From NCBI GenBank assembly GCA_004431415.1, contig QPMI01000544.1, positions 1 through 64,000 of the forward strand: a DNA stretch of 64,000 bases, read 5' to 3'. The notes under the pieces are model-generated. The model searched no databases. It had not been told where the DNA came from and worked only from the letters and a program-made list of their open reading frames with translations. The position numbers and the translations under genes were made by a program. How positions within the stretch are numbered: the stretch's first letter is position 1; each line of letters opens with the position of its first letter. The DNA comes from Cyanophora paradoxa CCMP329. Taxonomy: Eukaryota; Plantae; Glaucophyta. This document shows, piece by piece, positions 45,477 through 59,199 of the stretch.

Positions 45477-46500
45477 CTAGGACGACCAGACGGCGCACTG
45501 CAGCACGGACCTCGCAGAAGCGTCGACGTCGGCGCTTTCGATGCCGTTGGCCGCCCAGCAGCGAACGACGTCGTCAACCACCCTGATATCCCGCTCTCTC
45601 GCCTGCTGATCGCCGAGGGTAGGATCGTCGCGGCGCTCCAGGTCTGCCTTCAGAGTGCCCGAGACGACGCTTCTCACGATCTTCGCTTTTGTCTTCGTGG
45701 GGATGAGATTGTATTCTGTAAACAGCAAATCAGAGAGCTTCTGCAGCCTTGCATCCGGCTTGTTCACGGTCTCCTTCATCATGTGCTGCGCGACACCGGT
45801 CGGAAAACGCGCCCGCAAATTAAAACACAGAACGTGGTTCGTTTGCTCACCAAGAGAACGCCCGCAGGGTCGTACACATCGGCGACAGTGGCGTCGCGAC
45901 AGTTATCGGCCGGCGCGATACACTCCGTCAGGTCCATGCTCTCGTCAAGAGGCACCAGATCTCCCCACGTGTCTACCTCCCCGTGACCCAGAGCGCCCTG
46001 CGAGAGCATCCGCGCGAGCGCAGCGCAGTTTCCTTCACCAGTCTCGCGCATCGATGGAGCTGGATCGATCTTTGTCGCGTCCTGAAGGATGTAGGTCGCC
46101 CCCGAAACGAAGCAGACGCGCGGGTTGGGATGGCAGAAGATTCTGTGCAACAGCCCGTCATCGTCTGGCCGCACGCGCCACGGGTAGTAGCTCTCGCTGG
46201 AGCTCGCGCTTGTGGGAATCGCGTTCAGAAGCACGACGTTCTTTGGGTCGACGGCGAGGACGCGATTCGTTCGCTGCAACTTTTCGTTGATGGTTTCCAT
46301 CAAGTCCTCCACCCCAAAGACCCGTGCGCGCTTGTCTACGATGGACGCGCTCCGCAACGATGCTGGCGCCGACGACGACACACTTGAAATCACACATGCT
46401 GCGCCACAACGCCGCTGCCGGTATTTCTCACAGAGCTCCGTGATATCGAGAGGAAATTGAGGCCACGTGCTGCTCTCCGAACGGGGACACGGTTCCATTG
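45477..46500 (-). CDS. Hypothetical, probably spliced gene
   Basis: Consecutive protein-like ORFs 45779-46624 and 45477-45818; no family recognised. Confidence 0.3.
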
Positions 46501-49500
46501 CCGCGCTGCTGACGATGATGGTAATCTTGACGCGATCGGAATTGGCTCTCCTCACCTCCTCGGCCTGCACGGACGTCTTGGTGTCAGATTGATCTAGGCT
46601 CGCGTATACGTACCGGGAATTCAAAGCACTCTATTGAACTATAGCTAGCTGCAATGGAACGCTATTGTGGGCGTCGTTTGCGTGCCAGGAGCGTCGCATG
46701 CGCGGCCATTCAAGCAATAGATACAACGTGAAGCACCGACATAGACGTGACAGACGCCAGCTGGTTGTTGTCCTGGAGGGCGGCGAAAAGGACCCGGTCC
46801 TGCAAGAGTCGCGTGCGCGGGCCGCAGATGTCCAAAGGTTGATCACGAGGGGTGCACGAGCAGCCGCGACCGCGTTTCACGACGGGCAGGGGAACGGCAT
46901 GGCGCAGTGCCTTTGCGGTGAGCCGGTAGTAGTGGCGTTTGGGCCCGGTCGTCGAGCTCGAGAGGTAGCAGCTGCACCGATCCAGGAATCGATCTGTTAC
47001 CGAGTCGTCTGGATCAGGAACGGTGGGCGACGGTCGATTTCCGGATGCTCCGCTGGCAATCTTATTTACACAGCTGGGCAGAACTTACCCGCGGGGTGTT
47101 GGCCGTTACAATCTGGGCCCCCTGCAGCCTCGACCTCGTCGTCGGCTGATTTCTCCGACCCCTCTGGCTCACTGCCTTCGTCATCGCCGCCGCTGCTGGC
47201 GCTGGAGCTCTCATCATCGCTTCCGCTCCCTCTGCCGCCGTCGCCACCGCCACTGCCACCGCCGCCGCCGCCGCCGCCGCCGCCTTGAGCAGCTGCTGGC
47301 GCCGGTCCAGATCCGCTCGAGTCGCCCGCGCCGGCCACGGCTGGACGCTTAGAAGGTCGCTCCGCCTTGCTCTCCGGGCGCGCGCCGGCCGCGCCGCCTC
47401 CGCCGGCGCCAGGTGCTGCGCGCAGAAAGGCCAACGCGGGATGTCACGCATTAGCATTCGTGCGGTCGCACAGACGCAAGCTTGAAGAGGCCGATCGCGA
47501 GACGAGCGGCCCGAAATGCCATGGCCAATGGCAATGCAAATTCGATCGGATTCTATAGCTAGACGCGCGCACCTCGCGGATCGGCTCCTGGTGCCGGAGC
47601 CGGCTCGCCGCGCGCAACGCCCGCGGCAGATTCGTCAGAGGTGGACTTGCGCTTTGCTCGAATGGGGCCGACCGCCACTGGGACCCTCTTGATCTTTTTG
47701 TCGGAGGGCTTTCTCCCCGCGACTCCGGAGCTCTTCCCCCCGTGGCCGGCTGCGGCTGCGGCTCCATCTCCAGAGTCCGGATTGTCTCCGTCGGCACCGC
47801 GCTTCCGCGACATCACCCCCGGCCGGGAGCCCTGGGGAGTTGACGATGCATCTGCGTGTGCATTTGAATTTGTAAGTCCGTTGTGCGCGCTGCGAGATAT
47901 AGAATTATAACGATGTCGAGTGCGTGCGAGACGATGAATCACGTGCAAGGAAGATGTCCATAGTGGCAGGTCAGCTAGATCATCATTATTAAGCCACTGG
48001 GCGCTCTTGCGCAAGGACGAACCTTGCGCGATGCCGGGTGCAGGCGTGCTGGCGGCGGGGGTGCCGGGGCCCGGACCAACGTTTCCGGCGTTCAAAGCCG
48101 CTTTGCGCTGCTCTAGCCGAGCAGTGCGTTCCGCCAACTCCACTTCAGCCTTGTCCAGCTTGTACATCAGCTCTTGGATCTCGAGATCCTCGTTTGACGC
48201 GCCCCTGCGAGATCGGCGTGTTCAAGTTCGAGTACAAACGTCGCATCCTGCGGGAAACAGGCGCTGCGCATGCCATGATGCGCCCTGCGATTGGGGTCCC
48301 AGGAAACGCACTCCTTTGCTCTTGCCTTCTGCAGATCCCTCTTCAGCTTGATCGTCTTGCCCCAAACTCTGGACCGCTGATCCGCGAGCTTTCGTAGCTG
48401 TTCGTCGGCAACCCCATGTACAAGAAGCCTGCGACACCTCGCATCAGTGATTTCGATCGGTCGCGAGGTCTCGCCCCCCAAGCGGCTGCACAAACCAGGA
48501 CTCCTTGCAGCCGTAGCGGGTGCGGACCAACTCGACACGCTTGGCCGCGATGTCGACACCCGCCTCCCGCATCTCCTCGCAAAAGATGTTGACGATGTCG
48601 CGCTGCGCAAGCTCGTCCGTCTTCCATTCGTAGACCAGCGCCCGCTCCAGATCGCGGGATCCAAAATCCATCTTGATTTTGAAAACCACGGCCTCTGCAG
48701 CTGGGCATGCATATGCGCACGCAAGCGATTCAGCGCGCGCAACAGTGCCGATCATGGGCGCGCAGAGCACGGATCGAAATCGGACCGTCAAAGTCCAAGT
48801 CGCTTGTGTCGCTGGGCGGGCAAATGCAGCAGCAGGGCTTCGGAGGCCGATCGTGTTCGCGTGCTGCGCATGCACACGGGGTATCCGAGAAATATCAGCA
48901 ACTGAAATCGAGGGGGCCAGATTGCGCGCCAGAACACGTGGCGGAAAATATGTGGGCGTACGTAAACTTTGCTCGTCGGTTTCGCCGTCATCGTCGCAGG
49001 GGATGGAGAGGCGGAAGCCGCTTGGCATGAGGATGTCCTGCGCCTCGCGCAGCGACGAGCACCATTCGGCTTCCAGCCCCTTTGGCACGGCGTATTCGAA
49101 TCCATCCAGGTCGTGAATCGGGAGCGCGTCGGCAGCGGGGACGACAGGCACGCCTCCGCGTTCACGCGTAGCTGACGTGCGCAAAGACACGAAACCGTTA
49201 GAGAAGGCCGGACGATCAGCGAACTCTGCCGGCCGGACTGAATTAAGATCTATATTGCATTGTTCCGGGTCGAACCTGGGTCGGTTTCCGCATAGAAGGT
49301 GCGTGCGCGGGCCTGCAACTCGCAAAGCAAGCGCAAAGCAATGTCCTTTCCCATCGATACGAGGCCGCAGTGGGCGAGGTCGTGGGACAGCATGCGATCG
49401 CCAGGCTCGATGATGAGGAGGTCCCGCTCGCCACCTGCCACGGCGGCCACTTCGCCGTGGCACGCTATCACGGGGACATCGCTCGCGGCACGGCGGAGCA

Positions 49501-49824
49501 GGCCTTCCAGGCGCGGCACGACCAGATCGGAAAGCTGTAAAAGGAGCTTGAGCGCGGGGCTGTCCCCCTCGCGATCGCCCGCCTCGGACGGCTGCCGCCC
49601 GTGTGGAGACGACGTCGAAGTCGACTTGGGCGGCTTCAATTTCGCCTCGTACAGCTCCCTCGAAGCATCTGCTCATGCGGAACGTTACCCATGCCACGGC
49701 GCAAGGAGGCGCTAGAAGTTTAATTTAAAGGTGATCATGATCATGAGCGCGGGACGCGAGTGCAATTAAATGTGATGGATGGACGACTGTGTGAAAGCTT
49801 GCGATTGCATATGCATGAAACACT

Positions 49825-52800
49825 TCAACCGCAGTCTGAGATCCCGTTAAACGCACCTAGCAATATGAGCAGCTCGCGAATCGGGCGGCGATGGGAGCCG
49901 CCTGCATCGCTGATGGCTGCGACGTCCACTTTGCCCTTGCCGAATTCAGGTCTGAGGCGGTTGATTCGGGTAGCAGACTTGGCTAGAAATGCCTCGAAAC
50001 GGTCCTCCAGCGATGGGAGACAATACACGGGTGATCCGAGGGTACCGCGTTCGCCAACTCCAGCCGGCGAATCGATGACGGTCTTCTTGAATTCAACGAA
50101 GAGCTCCAGTGCAGTCTTGAGGGCCTGCTTGCGCATGCAATAGGACGCGTCGGCTTCGACGTCCTCGGGCTGATTTGAGACCGGCCGCGGGTCAACATCC
50201 ATTTGAGGAGCTGCGGTCGTCGCTGCAGAGGCCGGCGACGACGCCGACGGCGTTGTCGACAGAGGCTGTTGCACAAATGGCGGTGCCCCTGCCAATGTTG
50301 AGCCCGGAGCTGTCGGCCCCGCGCCTTCTGCGCCGGCAGCCTCCTCCTTTGATGTCACATCGACATCGAACGTGGCCGCGGTAGAGGACGATACCGAGCC
50401 CGCCGCGGCCTCGGCCCCCACGTCCGGCCGCGGCACCAGGGGATCAATATCGGTCGATGGCAACCCGACGAGTTCGCCAAAGTTGTGGAGGCGCCCAGCG
50501 ACGGAATACGTGAAGCGAATGTCGTGCTTGCGGGCCATGTCCTCCTCGGCGCTCTCCCAGGCGCCTTGAGAGAGCTTCGCCTTTAAAGGTGCCAGTATCT
50601 GCACGCGGGCCCACATGGCCAAGCAGCCCCGCCGATTCAGGTAGGTCTGCGTCGAGAGATTGTCTCCGCCTACGCTTCCGCACCCCCATACGTCGCGAAT
50701 TTCATTGCCCCCTGCGAATGAAGGCGAATCGAATTCAGCGCGGAAGTGGTATCGTTTGCGAGCCGTCGATGGCATCGCATTTGAAAGCAATGGGATCCGG
50801 ACGTATTTGCGTAAGCAATTCCGAAGTTCATCCAATTCTACCCCAAAATCCGTCGCCCCTGAAGCAATCGTGCGACGCATGCGCACCTGGACCGGGGCCC
50901 TCGTCGTTTCCGCCGACACTGAAATCCACCCGCGCGCTTCCACCCGCTTTCGAATTCGAGATCTACGCGACAGTAATCAGGTGCACTCGTACGCGCGAGC
51001 CATCATTGATTCTTCCATGGAGAGGGCTCTTTATAGCTAGCGCTAGCTTCGGCGCACGCTTGCGTCGGCGATGCCCTCGGCTCCCATCTTCGTGGCCTGC
51101 ATAAAGCCGTGGAAAGCCACCAGCGCCATGCTGAGCGCGGGCTCGATCTCCCCACGTGCTCCAAGCTCCGCTGCCATCACGGCGTCGGCATCGGTGATTT
51201 CGCAGTCCGAGTCATTGATGCGGGCGCGCTCGAGCTTCTCTCGGAGGAAGGTCTCGAGTCGCAACTTGGCAGCCAGCCGAGCCTGCCGTTCGATCCGCTC
51301 CCCGGCCTCGAAAGTGCTTGCAGCGGGGTCGATGTCGATCTCCAGCACCCCGGGCCGATGGCGAGGTGCCGCCTTTGAGCCCGAGCTCGAGGAGAGCTGC
51401 AGCTGGAGGTGCGGGGATACATGTGGGTGGCGCGGCATCGATATCAGCCGAGTACGCGCGGAGCGGTATCTGATGCATGAGGGCGCGCGCACCGACTTTG
51501 GATCGCCCCCGCGATCGCTCAAGGGTAGAGATGGGGTAGCGCGACCACTGTCGACGTTGGTGGCGGCTCCAAGTCCGCGGTCCGCGGCCGGCGCTGGCGG
51601 CGCGGCGGATCGCGAGTGCGGACCCAAGCCCGGGGCCGGCTGCAGCTGCGGCCCGCGGTCGCCCGCCACCGCAGAGTCGCCCTGGCCGGGGCACAACGCG
51701 GCGTCGTGCACCGCGTCCGAGGCGAGATACTCCTTGAAAAGAGAGGGCAAGGGCGACGTTGCCGGCTGCATCGATACACTTGCAGCTTGCAACTGGGCCG
51801 CCGATCCCCCGCCCTCCTCTGAATCTTTCAAGACGATCGCGATCTTGAACGAGCCGGAGGGAGTGCAGGAGCTCGCCACAGCCTTTGCGACTGCCGGCGG
51901 GGGCGGGGGCGATGGCGGCAGCGGCGGCAGCGGGTCTGTCGGTAGTTGAATTAATTAATTGTGAGATGCAAATGCAGTGATGAGCGTTTGTATACGTATG
52001 TGCCGCGAAAATGAGAATGTATATATTGTGTACGTAGGCGCACCGATTTTGAGGATGGGCTTTGCAGCTTTGGCCTCCGAGGACGTCGACAGCAGAGAAT
52101 CGAGCCAAAACGGGGAGAGATCGGGATCCTTGACATCTGGAGCGACGAGACTGCCGAGGGTGGGGCCCTCTTTGTGGACGCTCGTGAACCGGAGATCGTG
52201 CTTCGCGCCCATCAGCTCCTCCACCTCTGCCCAGGAAGGTCCGAGAGCTTCCTTCAACGGGGCAAGGATTTGGGCGCGGGCACAGAAGACATCTTTGACC
52301 CCAACCATGAGGTCAGGAGACAAGGCCAGCAGACTCTCCAGCAGGCTCCGATTCTTCTTCTTCTCGAGCTCGTCCTTTGCAACCGGTAGGGCTTGACCTG
52401 GATCTGGCACGCTCGCGGAGTGGCAGTAAGCAAAAGCGAAGGCCGAGCGGTGGCGCCGCAGCCACCCGCGGTCAATGTCTAAAATTCCAAGCAGGCGCCT
52501 GTACATGTATACGTAGAGCAGCGCATGCGCAGGCCTAGGTCGCGGCAAAATAGAATCGGTTTGCCGACGCACCTGCCTCTTTCGCACCGCTTGTACTCTC
52601 GACGAGGCAGATGTCGAGAGACACGGAAGACTGTTCGCCGCATGCCGAAGCCGGCTTGCCATCGTCCCCCTCGAGCTCCCCGCCGGCCTTGCTGACATTG
52701 CACTGGCTACGATGGACGGCTTTCCCGGCTTCAAACCAGCAGAAGACGAACCCCAGCGCCATGCCCAGCTCTCGGGGGATCTCTCCACGTGCCGCGCACT

Positions 52801-53450
52801 CGACGGCCACTTGGGCCTCCTCCGCGGTGAGCGTGTACCTCCCGTTGCGGGCGAGCTTGAGCTTCTCCTCCAGTGCCTTTTCCAGCATACGCCTGCTCCG
52901 GTCGACGAGTTCCCCGACACTCGATGTGGGTGAGAGCTCCAGGGCGGGCTCCTTGTCCTTTGCGGGCGGGGACGCGGGGAGTGCGCTAGCGCTAGCGCTT
53001 GGCGGTTGCACGTCGGAGACGAGGTCCGCAAATGACATTCCGTGGGGGAGGTGAAGATTGCCCAACCGCACATGATTGGTGCAGGCGCAGCACTGGATCT
53101 CCGTGTCGGCGGTCAATTGGCCTCCGCTCTGCACGCACGCAAAAGCATGTTAATTGCTTGCCAGTACTAGCCCTCTGCTTGTCTGGAACGAGAGGCGTGG
53201 CGTCGACGTCGACGTTTTGCATTCTAGAAACACAAAGGTAGATATCGATGGCACGCCGCCCGCGGCCGGCTCTAGATATGCAGCAAGCGCTGGATGTCCA
53301 TTTAGCGAGCAGGTGGATTGTATATATGAGCGCACCGTGCGTTTGTTCTTCGCCGATTGTACGAGCTCGCGACAATGCTCCAAGCAAACGATGTGGGCTT
53401 GACCATGACATAGCACGTGAAGGATGACATAGTCCTCGGCCTTTTGACCG
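49825..53450 (-). CDS. Hypothetical gene(s) with an internally duplicated two-part module and an N-terminal Cys/His cluster
   Basis: LEKALEEKLKLAR...ECAARGEIPRELGMAL vs LETFLREKLERAR...ELGARGEIEPALSMAL; ARAQILAPLKEAL...MGAKHDLRFT vs ARVQILAPLKAKL...MARKHDIRFT. Confidence 0.5.
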
Positions 53451-53469
53451 ACCATGTCTCGGGATTGAT

Positions 53470-56260
53470 CAGTGCACAGGGCGCAAGCCGTGATCTTGTC
53501 GTCGTCGACTCCGGAGAGGTACGTCGCCCGAATGCGAGCGGAGATCAGCTCGTCATGGGAAGGGGGCTCCTTCAGAGGGGCGAGCGGGAGGAAACGCTCC
53601 AGATCGAAATCGACGGCGTCTTCTTGCGCAAGTTGAACCGGAGGGCGGCTCTCGCGGACGGTGCCTGCATCTGTTGCGTACGAAAGTCATTCGTCTCGCG
53701 CACCCTTCAGCTTGTTGCGGAGGAAACGTCAAGCGGTAACATTGGGGATTCGAATTCGGGAACAGGAACGCAAACTTAGACTCTTCCGTCGGCTTAAGGT
53801 CGGCGTGGGGAGATTTGAATTATTGGGAGGCAACCGCTTGATTTGACACGCAAGACGTTTGCGATTGATCATTTATAAGGAATGCAAGATTTAAGAAACA
53901 CTGGATGCCAGCTGCAGGCTGCAATTGTACAACTAGCACGTCGATTCGCAATTGATCGTGTATGAGCGCAGAAGGATCGCGAGTACTAGTTCGATTCAAA
54001 TCAAAGGTAACCAAATCAGGCCACACGTGCACGGACCGAGATATTCGGCAACGAATGTCCCAAACGTCATGGGCTGAAAATCGCGAATCGTCTCCTGGAG
54101 GAGAGCAAGCGAACGATGGTAGAACAGTCGATCAGGAAGGCCAGTTCGGGGATGCCAGCCCGACGTCGACTCGCTGAAATGCCATAGCGTATTGTCGCTG
54201 CGATACATGTGCGAAAGGAAGCCAACTGCGTCCACGACCGAGACGTTGCGGAGATGATCGAGCTTGCTCATAACAGGGAATAGCAGCTGAAAATCGTTCG
54301 CATAAATCGTAGCGCCGGACAGAACAAGGCGCGTCACGATGGAGATGAGACATTCGATACGATTTCGAACTCTCTTATTTTCCGCGTCTCCGGTGCCACC
54401 GGTCTGTGCACGTGTGCTTTGATCGTACAATTCCACAGCAGCATGAAGCGACTCGGCCGCAATTGTCAGCAGTCGCTTTTTGCAACATACACACGGATCG
54501 CGATCGCGGGCGTCCAGCGTACGCAGCGAGGATTCGAATTCGTTGAAGTCGACGATTTCCTCGTTAATGAAATCCTGCAGACACGTTACAATTGGCGAAA
54601 GTTACAATTATATCGAGCCAAATCGAACTTCAGCAGTACTAGTTAGCTTGGTGTCAGATGCATGCGCATATATGCGCGGCATGCAGATCTAGATCTACTT
54701 CCAACCGATACATGAGTTCAATACAACGCACCTTTGCCGTTTGGCGGTAAAAGGACAAGATGTGAGCGCAGTCTCCAGAGTGCGCTGCTTTGATGACACG
54801 AACGAGAGTAACAAGAACGCCGAGTTCATGATCCCTCTTGGAAATTGCGTCTGCGGCTCAATTGATATGCACAACGTATACATGTGCCCGTGGGGAGTTA
54901 ATTCAGAACGACGCACGTGCACCCTTGGTAACATACGCTGCCCGTAAAGTGGAAAAGCTCGCGTCTCGATCTGGGGGAGGTAACGGTGTAGAAGCCCGAA
55001 GCAGCAGGTTTTTCCGAGGTCCCTCGTTCCAGAAGAAGACCCGATCGACAAAGCCAGCCTCAAGAGGGACGCGTGCGAGTATGTTGTAACCATTTATCAC
55101 GGTTGGGATGAGCAATCTGTTGGAAATCTCCATGAGCAGATCCGGAACGATTGAACCGCGACCCGCTGCAATTGCCGTCAGAAACTTGTCGAGCTCCTTG
55201 GCGTTGTGGATGAGCGCGTTCAGAGCCGCGGCGGATACGTAGGACAGGGCTTTTCCGGGCGCGAGGGGTTCCTTTAACACGGTTGAGATGCTGAGAAAGA
55301 GCAATTTTAGCAGCTCGACTGCGGGTGGGTAGTCTTGCTCCCGCATCTCAAGCAGCAGAGGGCCGAGAACACTGCTCCAGCATGCAGCCGCCTTTTCAAG
55401 TGCAAACTTCGACTGTACAGTGCGTACGTATCAGAGAACGCAGATGCCGAATCCATGGTCTGCATTTGTGCGCACCTTTATATTATTCAAATATGACTGG
55501 AAGCGCTCATCGCGATCGAGCCGGGTCTGCAGCACGGACCCGGGCCCGGAAGGCCCAGCTGCAGGGTGCGGTACCTCCTCAAATTCCAGCCGATTAAACT
55601 GCGAAACAAATTCGAGATATCATTCGGTTTCTGCGAGTGCAACGCTTTCGCATGTACATGCGTAAGTGCACGTAGGCCGATATGTGCCTATATACCGAAA
55701 ATAGCTGCAGGCGCTTGCTCTTGAATTAAAAAGGATTTTAGATAAAAAGAACTAGACGTTATATTCACTCTTCGAATTAGCAAGACGTGCCTGCGAGAGA
55801 ATCAAATGGATGATTGCAAAATAGGGTCCACGTCGCTTTTGATACGTATTTGGATTGACAGTTAACGTTGTAGCGTCATCGGAAGGGATAGCGGTAGCGA
55901 CAGATGAAGACTTGTCGATCGCGAGGCCAAAGTTTTGAAACTGGACGCCGACGATCATGTCGCTCTCCGAGATAGAGGTGCGATCGTGCAGCTGCTCCAA
56001 GTGCTCCTCGGAGAAGTCATAGCGACTGATGCAGCTGAAGGCATCCAGGAGATTTAGAACAACACGCCCCGATTCGCGCTTTGAAATTTCGTCTCGCGGT
56101 TGGAAATCAACAAGCGAAGGAAGCAGATTGATCTGACAATTGGCAAGTGCATGAATGAAAGGATGGTGCACGTTCATAAACCAGCCGCCGACTGTGCCAA
56201 TCCGGCGCACTGCGGCATCGAAATCGAATACCGGTTGTTAAAAGCGTGCACGTACGCGTG
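53470..56260 (-). CDS. Hypothetical multi-exon gene
   Basis: Chain of helical, protein-like ORF segments (55752-56210, 54903-55346, 53996-54436) with AT-richer gaps; exon limits not resolved. Confidence 0.35.
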
Positions 56261-56749
56261 TGGAATTGAATGCTTATACGGATAGTTTCATTTGGTCATA
56301 GGAAACCGATCTAGAACGAAGATAAGACGTGCGCATACACGGACGCATGTGCATGCGAGCATTTTGAAATGATAACATTTGGAATCGGGATCCGATGATC
56401 CAACCGTTCGGTTGGAGCGCGAGCGAATCGGCCGCGGACCGGGCGTCTAATCTCAAATATGTTGGACAAATATTGTATATGGTGCGTAATTATTGAACGC
56501 AGAGATATATGCCGCGAGCTGAGCACCGTGAGCGAATTCGCCACCAGTGGATCCGGAGTCGCACCCGTGCACGTACCCGTCTGAGATAGCGACCCCTGGG
56601 CATGCATATGCATGTGCACAGACATGCACACGCGCGCGTGAGTATTGTGCACAAATCACGATCACGTTCAATGCACGATTTTTTATTATAATAATAGTCA
56701 TAATTGATTGCGGATCGTATTTTGTTTGAGAGACTATAGCTACGGTGGG

Positions 56750-57716
56750 ACGGATCGCAGCTATAGGCGAGCTTGAAGAAACGATGCACGCACGCACCTC
56801 CAGAAGCAACGTTCCAGCGCGAGTTGCGGGGATTGGAGCGCTTGCAGTTGCAGCTGCCAGCACCGCGAACAAGAATGGCAAAAAGGGTTTCAACAGCACT
56901 CGGCTCGAGAGTTGAGACCGTGAAGCGACTGTGGGCGAAGCGGTACTCGCAGGAATTCGAATGATCTCGCCATTCCAACGTGGCGAGGTCGATACCATAA
57001 AACGTCTCGTCGGGAGAGAGGGATTCCCGGAGGTAATCATCGGAGAGGCGCCGGCGTAGGCCTCCACGAGCTCTGTAGCCCATGGCGAGGGCGAAGCTGT
57101 AGCCACCGCGCTGCTTGGGGCAGGCCCCCGAGCGAACAAGCTGATCGACGGTCTCGATGTAAGCCCCGAGGCGGCTCTGAGCGTGACGCGTCTTGATGCA
57201 GCCGGCGTACGTCCCGGCGTACACCGCAAGGAGGAGGGCCCGTCCGTGCCCCGCATCGACCGCCGCCCCCGCCTCCAGAAGCTGAGCGACAATCTCCCTC
57301 CGCCCCCCGGCAGATGCGGCGGCCAGGGCGAGGTCTAGCTGGGCAGCCCGATCCGCCGCCCCCCGCACGGAGTGCGCGTCGCCGGCGGTACCGGCAACAG
57401 CGGTCGCGAGCTGCTCGGCAACGCGGGCCGCGTCGCCCTTGAACGCTGCGAAAGCCAGCTCGGAGCTCAGAACGCAGGCGGCGAGCTCGATGTCCAGACC
57501 GCCGAGCGCTCCGATGTTGGTCCCGACCGTGCCCTCGGGAACAGAGGTATTGTGCAGTCGGGTGCAGTACGAGAAGAGGCCCTCGGTCAGCTGCTTGAGC
57601 GCCTCGTCGCAGTCGCGCGGGGCCATCCACAGCGGAAGGTCCAGCTTGGCGCCGCCCAGATCCGGAGGCCAGATGAGCGGAGGCTCGGCCATTTGCATGT
57701 CCGACAGCAACTCCAT
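56750..57716 (-). CDS. Ankyrin-repeat protein (3' end uncertain)
   Basis: LAFAAFKGD; LALAAASAGGRREIVAQLLEAGAAVDAGHGRALLLAV; IETVDQLVRSGA. Confidence 0.7.
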
Positions 57717-59199
57717 CTGGTTCGTTTTCAGAATCGACAGCCTGGGGAAAAATCCTGCTTGTGAGACCTCGCGTTCGAGAGTATGGACTCGCGAGCGCAC
57801 ACGCGATGGTGAAGTACTATATATAGATAGAACAAGCCTTTATACTAATTCATTTTTAAGCTAAACCCGTTGAACGTTAACTAGCTGCATATATAGGAGC
57901 CTAGATCGGGCGAGCGAGACGACGCCCACGGCCAGGAACTGGAGCTGCAGCTGCGCATGCGCACGCTGCGGCGCTAGACACATGTACAGCGATAGCTGCG
58001 GGGAAAATATAGAGATCTAGAGTCGGTAAGCCTTGAAGGTGGTCCTAGGCCTAAAGATTCAGAGGACTGCAAACGCAAACGCAGCCCGCGCTTACCAGCG
58101 CCAAAGGCAATCTCCGGCGTCCTGGACCTCCAACAGGTGCCGCAAGGGGGCTCGCGGGTCGAAGTCGGGATCCGCGAACAGGCCTGGGTCGCGATTCGCC
58201 CCATGCACGTGCAGGAGGCCAGGTGCGGGTCCAGATCCTCCTTCGAATTCCACGCGTACGGCCGGCTCATCCTCACGGTTGATCATGCGATGAAGCACGT
58301 CGTCGACGTCCGGGCCGCCCTCCGTAAGAGCCGGTACGCACGCATCGGACATGGTACCGGCCGCGGGAGACCTGCGCGCGCTGACATGAGCTTCGAGGTC
58401 GCGCGCGCGAACATGGACCGATCGATATCGGAAGCCGCTGAGCTTGATCAATGATCATGAGCCGCTGATCATGAGCCGGGCACTGCTAACGCTATAGCTA
58501 GTAGCGTTCCGAAAGTTTGGGATCCGTGCACGCATCACTAGTGCTGATTATGAGTCATGGCATGCATATGTCACAGTGTGTATGGATCGGACCGTCGGAC
58601 GTCAATTGCAACTCTCATGCATATGTATACGTATAGCATGTAATCCGGCCCGGCGGCCCATGCCATCATGCCATGATGCCAAATGCATGTATATCATGTG
58701 TGCACGTGTGACCGCGCGGCCCGGGGCCCGCGGCCGGCAGTATACGTTTATATACGTATATTTGAGTGAAGTTATGTGTGTAATTATAAGACTCAGTGAG
58801 ATGCGGTTGCGCATGCATGTATATGCCGCATATGCATTGCGCAGGCCTAGCCTGACGGCAACAGGCTCGTTCTTTCCGAAGTTCTATCATAGTATATAGA
58901 TATGTGTGTGTGGCTATCTCGGTACTGCGCATGGTGCTCGGGGGTAATTCTAGATCTAGCCGCGGCGGCCGCGGGCGCCGCAGCCGCCGCTACGTATACG
59001 CACCGAATTCCGAAAGTTCGAAACGGTGTTACGGTCCCGCTGCCAGGCTGCCCAGCGTCGACAGAAGCCCAAGCCGAAGCCACCAGAGAGTATAGATAAC
59101 CGTCGAACTGCCGCGAGTCACGGTCAGGGGTCCGACGGTCGACGTCGCCGCGACTCGCCGGGGTCGGTCGCGGCAGTACACTGTGACAATAGCTCTAGC

